Shown: one piece after another, positions 34,216 to 43,700 of the stretch | Numbering within the stretch: the first letter of the stretch is position 1 | Layout of the letters: every line of letters starts with the position of its first letter | Assembly: GCA_002315535.1 (NCBI GenBank) | Contig: DCHA01000057.1 | Location: forward strand, 676 to 64,675 | Source of the DNA: Firmicutes bacterium UBA1764 | GTDB lineage: Bacteria > Bacillota > Clostridia > Peptostreptococcales > Anaerovoracaceae | Direction: 5' to 3' | Length of the DNA stretch: 64,000 nt | Program-made: the position numbers and the translations under genes | Notes under the pieces: model-generated | Told to the model about the DNA's origin: nothing | The model's input: the letters and a program-made list of their open reading frames with translations, nothing else | Database searches by the model: none

Positions 34216-35043
34216 TTGCAGCTTGGAAAAAGACCTGTATGGCAAACAACACTGATTTACATAGGACTCATCCTTGTATGTTTATTTTTCTTAATGCCTC
34301 TTTTGTGGATACTGAGAACATCTCTTATCACAAAGGCTGAAGCATATCAGATTCCACCGAACTTTAACGTTGCATTGACATTAGAGAACTATATAGAAGT
34401 TATTTCAGATAACGGCTTCGGCAGATATTATCTGAACAGCGCTATAGTTGCTCTTATCTCTACAGTTCTTTCTGTAGTGCTTGGTGCGATGTCTTCATAT
34501 TGGCTTTCAAGACAGCCGGGCAATATGACCGGTGCTAAGCTTGCGATTCTTGCAACTCAGATGATTCCGCCAATTGTACTTGTTATTCCTATTAATACTA
34601 TGATCAGATCCGTCGGACTTAATGACACCTGGATGGCTCTGGTTCTTGCATATCTTACATTTAATCTTCCTTATGTTATTTGGATGCTCCTGGGCTTCTA
34701 TGATAATGTCTCGAAAGAGCTTGATGAGGCGAGCGCCATTGACGGCTGTAGCTCGCTGCAGACCTTCTTTAAAGTTATTTTCCCGCTTATTGCTCCGGGC
34801 ATGATGGCAACAGCCGTATACAGCTTCCTTGTCAGCTGGAACGAATTCGTATTCGCGCTTGTTCTTTCCGGAAATGCCACCAGAACAATACCGGTTGCTA
34901 TTGCCGCACTTGAAACACAAAACGGTGTAAAGATCGCTGAGCTTTGCGCATCAACAATACTCGCAATTCTCCCAATCGTTCTTCTTTCTTCATTTATTAA
35001 GAAGTACCTGGTTAACGGCCTTACATTCGGTTCAATTAAATAG
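34216..35043 (+). CDS. carbohydrate ABC transporter permease (MalG/UgpE-like)
   Basis: EAA loop DEASAIDGCSSLQTFFKVIFPLIAPG. TTG start at 34216 preceded by AGGAGGA; the track GTG at 34162 has no RBS. Confidence 0.8.
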   Translation: MQLGKRPVWQTTLIYIGLILVCLFFLMPLLWILRTSLITKAEAYQIPPNFNVALTLENYIEVISDNGFGRYYLNSAIVALISTVLSVVLGAMSSYWLSRQPGNMTGAKLAILATQMIPPIVLVIPINTMIRSVGLNDTWMALVLAYLTFNLPYVIWMLLGFYDNVSKELDEASAIDGCSSLQTFFKVIFPLIAPGMMATAVYSFLVSWNEFVFALVLSGNATRTIPVAIAALETQNGVKIAELCASTILAILPIVLLSSFIKKYLVNGLTFGSIK

Positions 35044-35109
35044 GTTGGTTTCTGCACAATGCAGATTCAATATATTAAGAATATGTTAATTCTATGGAGG
35101 AACAAAAAA

Positions 35110-36405
35110 ATGAAAAAGATTTTAGCAGTTCTTCTCGCACTCGCAATGATTTTCTCAATGACAGCATGCGGAAACAAGAAGGGTGAAGAAGTTGCTGAGA
35201 CAAAGACTCTCAAGATCCTTATGGAAGACCTGAACGCAACAGATCAGGTTCTCGCTGTACTCGACGAATTCGAAGCACAGACAGGAATTAAGGTTGAAGC
35301 AGAAGTTATCAACTATGCTACAATGCACGATAAGCTCGTTACACAGCTTACAGCATCAACAAGCGATTATGACGTACTCGTAGTAGACTGCTACTGGGTA
35401 GGCGAATTCGCTGAAGCTGGTTGGATGGAACCACTTGATTCTTACATTGAAAGAGATGGATTCGATACATCCGTATATCTCGACACAATGATGGAAATGG
35501 TTGGAGAACTTGATGGCGTTACATACGAACTCCCGTTCTACAACTACATGATGGCTCTTATTTATCGTCCTGACGTATTTGCAGATGAGGGACTCCACGC
35601 TGCATATCAGGAAAAGTATGGTACAGATTTCGTAATGCCATGCGCAACACTTGCAGAATACGTTCAGATTGTTGAATTCGTAACAGAATACAACAAGGCT
35701 CAGGGCGTAGAAATGTACGGTACAGTACAGCAGGCAGGCCGTGGTGACCCGATCGCTGTAGAATTCTGCAACTACATGTATTCCAACGGTGGTGACTTCT
35801 ATGATAAGAACGGAAACATCACAGTTAATAATCCGGAAGTTGTTGAAGCCCTCGAGCTTTACGTAGATGCAGTTAATAACGCATCTCCGGCAGGCGCTGC
35901 AGGATTCAACCTTGATGACGCTCAGGCTGTATACTTCTCAGGCAAGGCTGCATCATTCGTATCCTACAACACATTCATGCCAATCCTTGACGATCCTTCA
36001 CAGTCACAGATTTGCGGACTTAGTGAAATCGCTAATATCCCTGGCGGACACGCACTCAACGGTGGTTGGGGTTGGGCTATTCCAAGCAACGCAAAGGATA
36101 AGGATGCTTCTTGGGAATTCATCAAGTTCATCGAAAGCCACGACATCGCTAAGAAGCGTGCTCTCGGCGGATCCGCTCCTACACGTACAGACATCTTCCA
36201 GGATGCAGACATCCAGGCACAGTATCCGTACTATGACACAGTTCTCGACATCATGTCAGAAGCTGTAATGCTTCCAATCATGCCGGATTCAACCGCATTA
36301 ATGGAAATCTTCGGCAGAGAATTAAGTGAAGCTGTATCCGGAGCTAAGACAGCTCAGGAAGCTCTTGATCAGGTTGCTCTCGAAATGAAGGACCTCAAGA
36401 GATAG
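35110..36405 (+). CDS. carbohydrate ABC transporter substrate-binding lipoprotein (CUT1)
   Basis: MKKILAVLLALAMIFSMTAC-GNKK lipobox; GGAGGA RBS; ATG at 35110 preferred over the track start at 35059. Confidence 0.85.
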   Translation: MKKILAVLLALAMIFSMTACGNKKGEEVAETKTLKILMEDLNATDQVLAVLDEFEAQTGIKVEAEVINYATMHDKLVTQLTASTSDYDVLVVDCYWVGEFAEAGWMEPLDSYIERDGFDTSVYLDTMMEMVGELDGVTYELPFYNYMMALIYRPDVFADEGLHAAYQEKYGTDFVMPCATLAEYVQIVEFVTEYNKAQGVEMYGTVQQAGRGDPIAVEFCNYMYSNGGDFYDKNGNITVNNPEVVEALELYVDAVNNASPAGAAGFNLDDAQAVYFSGKAASFVSYNTFMPILDDPSQSQICGLSEIANIPGGHALNGGWGWAIPSNAKDKDASWEFIKFIESHDIAKKRALGGSAPTRTDIFQDADIQAQYPYYDTVLDIMSEAVMLPIMPDSTALMEIFGRELSEAVSGAKTAQEALDQVALEMKDLKR

Positions 36406-36428
36406 TTAGACGTTTAATTACTACCTTT

Positions 36429-36464
36429 CTATGTCACCGGTGGATTAAGCCACCGGTGGCATAG
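36429..36464 (+). promoter_or_regulatory. intercistronic 15-bp stem-loop after the SBP gene
   Basis: CTATGTCACCGGTGG-ATTAAG-CCACCGGTGGCATAG (one G-U), no T-run. Confidence 0.55.
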
Positions 36465-36483
36465 AGAAATTTGGAGGAACTAT

Positions 36484-37356
36484 ATGTTATCCGATAGAAG
36501 AAAGAATATTGCAATATTCCTTTTACCGTCTTTGGTAATGCTTATTGTTACAGTAGTCGTACCATTGCTTTATTCTTTTGCAACAAGCTTCTTTTCTTTA
36601 GACCTTAAATATAAGGGCTGGGGCGAATTTGTAGGCCTCGGAAATTATTTTTCAGCTCTGAAGGATCAATATTTCATGGGTTCAATTAAGACCACAGTAA
36701 TATTCTCTGTTATTGTAGTAGCTATTGAATTCATTGTGGGTTTTGCAATTGCATTACTCTTTAACACAAATGTTAAGGGAAAGAATTTCTTCTTCTCTAT
36801 TGTAATCATCCCTATGATGATTACACCTGTTGCAGTAGGTCTTACTTGGAGACTTCTCCTGCACAGTACACTTGGCGTAGTAAATTGGTTTCTGTCACTC
36901 CTCGGAATTGCCGGAAAAGCATGGCTCGCAGATAATGCAACCGCTCTGGCAACAGTAATATTCATCGATGTATGGCAGCAAATTTCATATATGGTACTGG
37001 TGCTTCTCGCCGGTCTCGTTTCACTTCCAAAGGAACCTTATGAGGCCGCAAGCATTGACGGAGCTTCAAAGTGGCAAAGCTTTAAGTTCATCACAATGCC
37101 GCTTATGGCACCTACCTTCCTCGTAGCTATTCTTCTTCGTTTAATTACCGCATTTAAGACCTACGATCTTATCTACGTACTCACAAAGGGTGGCCCGGGA
37201 ACATCAACAGAAGTTGTAAGTTATTATATTTATAAGACAGCATTTACTCATCTGAAGACAAGTAAGGCTGCAGCAATGTCATTTATCTTGCTGATAATTC
37301 TTATTCCGGTAAGTTATATCGCAACACGAATTCTTAAGAACAGAAATGAAGGTTAA
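36484..37356 (+). CDS. carbohydrate ABC transporter permease (MalF/UgpA-like)
   Basis: EAA loop YEAASIDGASKWQSFKFITMPLMAP; 6 TMs. Confidence 0.85.
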   Translation: MLSDRRKNIAIFLLPSLVMLIVTVVVPLLYSFATSFFSLDLKYKGWGEFVGLGNYFSALKDQYFMGSIKTTVIFSVIVVAIEFIVGFAIALLFNTNVKGKNFFFSIVIIPMMITPVAVGLTWRLLLHSTLGVVNWFLSLLGIAGKAWLADNATALATVIFIDVWQQISYMVLVLLAGLVSLPKEPYEAASIDGASKWQSFKFITMPLMAPTFLVAILLRLITAFKTYDLIYVLTKGGPGTSTEVVSYYIYKTAFTHLKTSKAAAMSFILLIILIPVSYIATRILKNRNEG

Positions 37357-37362
37357 CGGACT

Positions 37363-38568
37363 ATGGCAACAGTAACATTAAAAGGAATTAAAAAGATTTA
37401 CCCACTTAGCGATGATGATAAGAAAAAGGGTAAGAAGGGCCTCTTTAAAAAGCATGAAGAGGAAATCGAACACGAAGAGAAAGTCAACCTTCAGATTACC
37501 GATCAGGGAACAGTTGCAGTTCAGGAATTCAATCTTGATATCGCAGACAAAGAATTTATTGTTCTCGTAGGTCCATCAGGCTGCGGAAAATCAACAACTC
37601 TTCGTATGATCGCAGGCCTTGAAACTATTTCAGAAGGTGAACTTTATATCGATGGTCAGCTTGTAAACAACAAGCCACCAAAGGACAGAGATATAGCAAT
37701 GGTTTTCCAGAACTATGCTCTTTATCCTCATATGTCAGTATATGATAACCTTGCATTCGCTCTGAAGATCAGAAAGACTCCAAAGGATATCATTGATAAG
37801 AAGGTTAGAGATGCCGCAGAAATCCTCGGTATCACAGAATATCTTCACAGAAAGCCAAAGGCACTCTCCGGCGGACAGAGACAGCGTGTAGCAATCGGCA
37901 GAGCTATCGTTCGTGAGCCACAGGTATTCCTTATGGACGAGCCTCTTTCCAACCTTGATGCTAAGCTGCGTAACCAGATGCGTGCTGAAATCATTAAGCT
38001 CCGTCAGCGTATTGATACAACCTTTATTTACGTAACACACGACCAGACAGAAGCTATGACTCTTGGTGACAGAATTGTTATTATGAAGGATGGTTTCATT
38101 CAGCAGATCGGTACTCCGTACGAAGTATTCCATCACCCTGCAAACCTCTTCGTAGCAGGCTTCATCGGAACACCTCAGATGAACTTCTTCAAGACAGAGC
38201 TCGCAGAAGAAAATGGACAGTATTATGTTCCTCTCTTCGGAGTTAAGTTCCCTATGGATGCGGCACACATGGAGCAGATTAAAGAAAAGGGTATTAAGCC
38301 TCAGGAAATTACCATGGGTATCAGACCTGAAGACGTATCCATTTGCTATGAGGGTGGCGTAGAAGCAACAGTAGATGTATGCGAAATGATGGGTTCATCA
38401 CTTCACATTCACACCACAATTGAGGATAAGGAAATCGTTGTTATCGCTCAGTCAAAAGAGCTTCCTGAAGACAAGCAGCTTGGATTCGCTCACGGTGATA
38501 AGATTAGACTTCACTTCGACGGACACGTTCTGCATCTCTTCGGACTTGATGAAAAGAACTTATTCTAA
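37363..38568 (+). CDS. carbohydrate ABC transporter ATP-binding protein (MsmX/MalK/UgpC-like) with charged N-terminal insertion
   Basis: Walker [29 protein letters not shown]; C-terminal TOBE-like domain. A Lys/Glu-rich insert lies between the first beta-strand and Walker A. Confidence 0.9.
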   Translation: MATVTLKGIKKIYPLSDDDKKKGKKGLFKKHEEEIEHEEKVNLQITDQGTVAVQEFNLDIADKEFIVLVGPSGCGKSTTLRMIAGLETISEGELYIDGQLVNNKPPKDRDIAMVFQNYALYPHMSVYDNLAFALKIRKTPKDIIDKKVRDAAEILGITEYLHRKPKALSGGQRQRVAIGRAIVREPQVFLMDEPLSNLDAKLRNQMRAEIIKLRQRIDTTFIYVTHDQTEAMTLGDRIVIMKDGFIQQIGTPYEVFHHPANLFVAGFIGTPQMNFFKTELAEENGQYYVPLFGVKFPMDAAHMEQIKEKGIKPQEITMGIRPEDVSICYEGGVEATVDVCEMMGSSLHIHTTIEDKEIVVIAQSKELPEDKQLGFAHGDKIRLHFDGHVLHLFGLDEKNLF

Positions 38569-38581
38569 AAGAAATAATGAA

Positions 38582-39214
38582 TTAAAGAATTTCGCGGATC
38601 AGCTTTTCCAGAGCATCCGCGATTTTTTTATGCTCGGAATTAATCATATGAAGACCGTCAATATTTGATGCCTTCGCAACGCTTGCGGCATCAAAGAAAT
38701 ACGCATCAAATCTCTCTGCTACGGCTTTAATTCTGCCGCCTAGATCCTTGGATCTGTCGATGGACTCCTGGTTAAATTCTTCTCCGGCCTTAAGTACGGT
38801 TTTGCCAACATGAATCGGGGAAACTAACAGGATCTTTGGAACCTGCTGGTTTTCAGCGGCGCAGATATTTCTGATTTTATTGCAGTAAAGCCCCAGTGCT
38901 TCTGCGCTTGCGTAATTTGAGCTTGGAAGATAGTCCTTAAAGTCGTTGGTTCCAAGCATAATTATTACGAGATCAAGAGGGCTCTGGCTGAGAACTGCCG
39001 AGTCTAGGCTCTTGTATCCGTTTCTGTCAATGCAAATGGGATCATCGTATATAGTTGTTCTGCTGTTGAGCCCGTTTTCGATGATTTTGTAATCGCTGCC
39101 AAGCTGCTTTTGAAGCAGGCCTGTCCATCTTGTATCTATATCATGACGCTGCGCTTGTGATCCGGGAATATAGCCCCATGTGTTGGAATCGCCGTAGCAT
39201 AAAATATTCTTCAT
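38582..39214 (-). CDS. SGNH/GDSL hydrolase (MsAcT-like esterase/acyltransferase), cytoplasmic
   Basis: 210 aa; block I ILCYGDSNTWGY, block II GLNSRTT, block III MLGTND; no signal peptide. Confidence 0.8.
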   Translation of the reverse strand: MKNILCYGDSNTWGYIPGSQAQRHDIDTRWTGLLQKQLGSDYKIIENGLNSRTTIYDDPICIDRNGYKSLDSAVLSQSPLDLVIIMLGTNDFKDYLPSSNYASAEALGLYCNKIRNICAAENQQVPKILLVSPIHVGKTVLKAGEEFNQESIDRSKDLGGRIKAVAERFDAYFFDAASVAKASNIDGLHMINSEHKKIADALEKLIREIL

Positions 39215-39216
39215 AA

Positions 39217-40407
39217 CTAATCCTTTCTCTGATTTTGAGCAATAGCCTTTGGAACCGCAAACAGGATGATAAAGAATCCTATTAATGCGAAGAATACGGA
39301 TGATTTAAGCATGAATCTGAGTCCGAAGCCTGTGATAAACAGACCTCCGAAGAGATTCCCCACAGCAAGCCCGAGTGAATAAGCCGCTGTAATGGTGGAC
39401 TGACCCTTAACCATGTCCTTGTTATCTATGCATTCCCTCGCATAGTACATTTGCACCGGAGAGATGAATACGTAAGATACAGCCTGCATCAGCTCGATTA
39501 AAACTACGTGGAAGCTCATGCTTGCAAGCACAAAGAGCAGCATTTTTACCACATAGAAGAAGCCTCCGAGGCACATTATCTTATAGGATCCGAACTTCTT
39601 GTGCAGTCTTCCGAATACTATCATTGCCGGAGCCTCGATAACTGTGGCAAACAGCAGCGCCAGGCCGACTGTTGAGCTGTCTCCGCCGAGAGGCCTTACT
39701 ATCTCGATAAGATAGTTTTCGGTCATTATGTGTACGAGTGAGCAGAACAGAATGCCTACAATTGAAGCGCAGTACCAGCGGTATTTTTTAATAAACTGGA
39801 TAAGACTTGAGCTTTCGGTTGCACTTACCTTTATTTTAACATCTCCGGCCGGAGTTTTCGGATAGGAAATGCAAACAAATGCGTAAATGATTGTGGTAAC
39901 TATTGAAATAATAGGCATCCAGTCGATGCTGTAATGCTGCATGACAAAGCCGATTATTGGGGACGCGATTGCAAAGCCTATTGCTCCGGCGGCACGTCCG
40001 GCTTCATAGTTTATATTCCACATGCGTATGCTGTAGTAGACGCTGATTGAGTTAAGCAGAGGAATTTGCATGTCCATTACGCAAATTGCTATTACGTAAA
40101 CGACAGAAAATACGAGCTTTGGCAAATCAAACAGGGCTATAAGCAGGAAGCAAAGCCCGCTGAGCAGGGCCATGCCTGCCATGATAGCCGGAAGAACGTT
40201 TTTTGTAGCCTTGTCTACGTAGTCTGCGAGGAATGGCTGGAATAAAAATGACAGGAAATTCCCGAGGAACAGTATTACACCGATATAAGCCGCGGAATAT
40301 CCCTTGCCGAGCATAAAGGTCGCAGCAAAAGAGAACATGCCACAGTACGCGAGCCAGTAGCATGCTTGACTTAAAACATATTTAAATGTCAGGTTTTTTT
40401 TCGTCAT
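39217..40407 (-). CDS. MFS transporter
   Basis: 396 aa, 12 hydrophobic segments; its stop abuts the SGNH gene start (same operon). Confidence 0.7.
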   Translation of the reverse strand: MTKKNLTFKYVLSQACYWLAYCGMFSFAATFMLGKGYSAAYIGVILFLGNFLSFLFQPFLADYVDKATKNVLPAIMAGMALLSGLCFLLIALFDLPKLVFSVVYVIAICVMDMQIPLLNSISVYYSIRMWNINYEAGRAAGAIGFAIASPIIGFVMQHYSIDWMPIISIVTTIIYAFVCISYPKTPAGDVKIKVSATESSSLIQFIKKYRWYCASIVGILFCSLVHIMTENYLIEIVRPLGGDSSTVGLALLFATVIEAPAMIVFGRLHKKFGSYKIMCLGGFFYVVKMLLFVLASMSFHVVLIELMQAVSYVFISPVQMYYARECIDNKDMVKGQSTITAAYSLGLAVGNLFGGLFITGFGLRFMLKSSVFFALIGFFIILFAVPKAIAQNQRKD

Positions 40408-40467
40408 AAAAACCGGAATATATTAATGTACGTTTTCTTTTCTTAAATTTTATCACAATTATTTGAG

Positions 40468-40515
40468 TGAAACAATATGAAACATATTGAAAAAAAGTGC
40501 TCATAGTAATATAAT
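40468..40515 (+). promoter_or_regulatory. promoter with three tandem 10-bp direct repeats (candidate DeoR operator)
   Basis: TGAAACAATA-TGAAACATAT-TGAAAAAAAG (40468-40497) overlapping TTGAAA (40487-40492), 17-nt spacer, TATAAT (40510-40515). Confidence 0.5.
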
Positions 40516-40578
40516 TGAATCAATAAAAGACTAGAAGTCACATATTTTAATTTTTTGTAATGAATAAGGAGAATAAAA

Positions 40579-41391
40579 ATGAGTTGGTTACAAGAAACAT
40601 TTAATGTAGAAAAGCCTATTATCGCTATGTGTCATCTTCAGGCAATGCCTGGTGATCCTTACTTTGACGCTGCAAAGGGTATGAAGGACGTTGTTGAAAA
40701 AGGTAAGCACGACCTGGAAGCTCTTCAGGAAGGCGGAGTAGATGGAATCATGTTCTCTAACGAATTCTCACTTCCATATCTCACAAAAGTTAAGCCGGAA
40801 ACAGTTGCTGCAATGGCAAGAGTAGTTGGCGAACTTATGCATGAAATTTCAGTTCCTTACGGCGTTAACTGCCTCTGGGATCCTATTGCCTCCATCGATC
40901 TTGCTGCAGCAGTAGATGCAAAGTTCATCCGCGAAATCATGACAGGTGTTTACGCTTCTGACTTCGGTCTCTGGAATACAAACGTAGGCGAAACAGTTCG
41001 CCACAAGCACGAGCTTGGTCTTGATAACTTAAAGCTTCTCTTCAACATCGTTCCTGAAGCAGCTCGTTATCTTGCAGACAGAAGCATGGCTGATATTGCT
41101 AAGTCAACAGAATTCAACAACAAGCCGGATGCAATCTGCGTATCAGGACTCACAGCTGGTTCAGAAACAGATACACAGGCACTCAAGGTTGTTAAGGATT
41201 CCGTAAAGCGCACACCGATTCTTGTTAACACAGGATGCAACAAGGACAACATCGTTCGTCAGCTTTCAGTAGCAGACGGTGCAGTTTGCGCAACAACATT
41301 CAAGTTTGACGGCGTATTCGAAAACCTCGTAGATGTTAACCGTGTAAAGGAATTCATGGGCGTTGTTAAGGAATTCCGTAAGACACTCTAA
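40579..41391 (+). CDS. BtpA/SgcQ-family TIM-barrel protein
   Basis: 270 aa; PIIAMCHLQAMPGDPYF..., GVDGIMFSNEF motifs typical of BtpA/SgcQ. Confidence 0.7.
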   Translation: MSWLQETFNVEKPIIAMCHLQAMPGDPYFDAAKGMKDVVEKGKHDLEALQEGGVDGIMFSNEFSLPYLTKVKPETVAAMARVVGELMHEISVPYGVNCLWDPIASIDLAAAVDAKFIREIMTGVYASDFGLWNTNVGETVRHKHELGLDNLKLLFNIVPEAARYLADRSMADIAKSTEFNNKPDAICVSGLTAGSETDTQALKVVKDSVKRTPILVNTGCNKDNIVRQLSVADGAVCATTFKFDGVFENLVDVNRVKEFMGVVKEFRKTL

Positions 41392-41397
41392 TAAATT

Positions 41398-42159
41398 ATG
41401 ATTAAAGCAGAACGTTGGGAAACTATTGAAAAGCATTTGGAAACCGCAGGTTATGCCTCGGTTTCCGAATTAATGAGTTTAACGGATTCGTCAAGGGCAA
41501 CCACGAGAAGAGATCTTGATTCCCTTGCTGAGGCAGGCAGACTTTCCCTTACTCACGGCGGCGCAGTATCAATCTTTCAGAAGGCTCCAATCGAAGGCAG
41601 CTACGAAGAAAAGATTGTATCCAATGCTGATGAAAAGGACAGAATTGCAAGGCTTGCAGCCAGCATGATTAAGCCGGGCGATAAGGTCTTCGTAGACTCC
41701 GGAACAACCACCTTCAAGATAGTTCCTTATCTCAGCAAAATTGAAAATCTGACCGTAATAACCAATGATGTAAATATCGCATCAAGGCTTTACAACATGT
41801 CAAACATCAGCATGGTTATTTTGGGCGGAGTAGTAAGACCGGGATATTGTTCAATTATAGGATATTCCGCAGAGATGCAGGCCAAGGAAATGAACGCAGA
41901 TATCTGCTTCGTTGGTACAGACTACATCAATGAAAAGGGAATATACATTTCCAATCTTGATGAGGTTGGAATCAAGACCAGTATCATGAGTAACTCAAGC
42001 AAGATTGTGGTCCTTTGCGATCACAGCAAGATGGGGCTCGAGGGCTTCGCAAGAATTAATACTCTTGAGAATCTTGATATGGTAATTACGGGTAAGGAAT
42101 CTTTAAAGAATCCCAAAACTGCAAAAATGGAAACAAAATGTAAGTTTATGTTCGCATAG
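41398..42159 (+). CDS. DeoR-family transcriptional regulator
   Basis: 253 aa; N-terminal HTH (ASVSELMSLTDSSRATTRRDLDSLAEAG); C-terminal DeoR sugar-phosphate sensor domain. Confidence 0.85.
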   Translation: MIKAERWETIEKHLETAGYASVSELMSLTDSSRATTRRDLDSLAEAGRLSLTHGGAVSIFQKAPIEGSYEEKIVSNADEKDRIARLAASMIKPGDKVFVDSGTTTFKIVPYLSKIENLTVITNDVNIASRLYNMSNISMVILGGVVRPGYCSIIGYSAEMQAKEMNADICFVGTDYINEKGIYISNLDEVGIKTSIMSNSSKIVVLCDHSKMGLEGFARINTLENLDMVITGKESLKNPKTAKMETKCKFMFA

Positions 42160-42184
42160 ACTTTGATAAATCGGAGGTAACAGA

Positions 42185-43687
42185 ATGGAAAAATATGCTC
42201 TTGGTATAGACATCGGAACCACATCGGTAAAGGTAGTTCTGATCTCATCAAGTGGCCGTATGGTTTGTGAATCAAATCAGGCACACAACCTTCTTTCACT
42301 TCATCGTAACTGGGCAGAAGAAAATGCAGACGAGTGGTGGCAGAATGTAATCGATGCCGTAAAGGATATCGCAAATCAGGCGCCAGACAAGATGAAGGAC
42401 ATCGTCTCAATTGGCTGCAGCGGCATGGTTCCTGCAATTGTTTTACTTGATAAGGACGGAAATGTATTGAGAAATACAATTCAGCAAAACGATTCAAGAT
42501 GCATCGAGCAGATTGATTACTTATCAAAGAAAATTGACCAAGATGAGCTTTTCGCTAAGACAGGCGGAAGGACAAACCAGCAGCACATTCTTCCAAGACT
42601 CCTTTGGGTAAAAGAAAATGAGCCTGAAGTCTGGGGAAAAGTTGACTGTGTAATGGGCTCGTATGACTATATCGCTTACAAGCTCTCTGGTATCAAGACA
42701 CTCGAATTAAACTGGGCCGCTGAAAGCGGATGCTATGATATCAGAGAACGTAAGTGGTTAGTCGATCAGATTGAACTTTGCGGAATGAATCCTGCAATGC
42801 TTCCTAAGGTAAATGATCCTATGGAAGTAATCGGACAGACACTTCCTGAAATGGAAGAGCTTATGGGTCTTCCGGGCGGCATCAATATCATTGGTGGCAG
42901 CGCAGATCACGTTGCATCAACACTTGCTGCAGGAATTCTTGACGAAGGCGATCTTCTCATTAAGTTCGGTGGTGCCGGAGATATCCTCTACTGCACAGAA
43001 GAGCTTAAGACAAGTGATAAATTATTCTTTGACTATCATGACCTCCCTGGTAAGTATCTCTTAAACGGATGCATGGCTTCCAGCGGATCACTCGTAAAGT
43101 GGTTTACTCATGATATTCTCAAGTCAGATGACAAGGACATTTTAAAGAAACTTGATAAGGAAGCAGCAGAGCTCCCACCTGCATCTGATGGATTAATCAT
43201 CCTTCCATACTTCCTCGGAGAAAAGACTCCGATCTTCGATCCTTCTGCAAGAGGAATTATGTTTGGACTTACACTCAGCCATGGATATGCACATATCTTC
43301 AAGGCTATTATGGAATCTGTTGTATACGGCTTCAGACATCACGTAGACGAACTCAAGGCTATGGGATATGAACCACAGCAGATTATCGCAAGTGACGGCG
43401 GCGCAAAGAGCCCGCTCTGGTGCCAGATTTCTGCTGATATTCTCGGCAAGGAAATCAAGGCATATCCTAGCCATCCGGGCTCAGGACTGGGCGTTGCATT
43501 TGTTGCAGGTATGAGCGCAGGCCTCTTCACTGATTGGAGTCAGATTACAAGCTTCCTCGATGACTATAAGACATACACTCCGAATCCGGAAGCTGTAAAG
43601 GTATATGACAAAGCTTATCAAATCTATCGCAGACTCTATCCTGAATTAAAGGAAGACTGCAGCTTACTCGAGGAATTATATAAATAA
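42185..43687 (+). CDS. FGGY-family carbohydrate kinase
   Basis: 500 aa; YALGIDIGTTSVK phosphate-1 motif; C-terminal GGGAKSPLWCQI motif. Confidence 0.85.
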   Translation: MEKYALGIDIGTTSVKVVLISSSGRMVCESNQAHNLLSLHRNWAEENADEWWQNVIDAVKDIANQAPDKMKDIVSIGCSGMVPAIVLLDKDGNVLRNTIQQNDSRCIEQIDYLSKKIDQDELFAKTGGRTNQQHILPRLLWVKENEPEVWGKVDCVMGSYDYIAYKLSGIKTLELNWAAESGCYDIRERKWLVDQIELCGMNPAMLPKVNDPMEVIGQTLPEMEELMGLPGGINIIGGSADHVASTLAAGILDEGDLLIKFGGAGDILYCTEELKTSDKLFFDYHDLPGKYLLNGCMASSGSLVKWFTHDILKSDDKDILKKLDKEAAELPPASDGLIILPYFLGEKTPIFDPSARGIMFGLTLSHGYAHIFKAIMESVVYGFRHHVDELKAMGYEPQQIIASDGGAKSPLWCQISADILGKEIKAYPSHPGSGLGVAFVAGMSAGLFTDWSQITSFLDDYKTYTPNPEAVKVYDKAYQIYRRLYPELKEDCSLLEELYK

Positions 43688-43700
43688 AAGGAGAAATACT

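Noticed and set aside
42021-42527. 168-aa minus-strand ORF across the DeoR/FGGY junction
   Set aside because: It overlaps two supported genes and their RBS. No motif.
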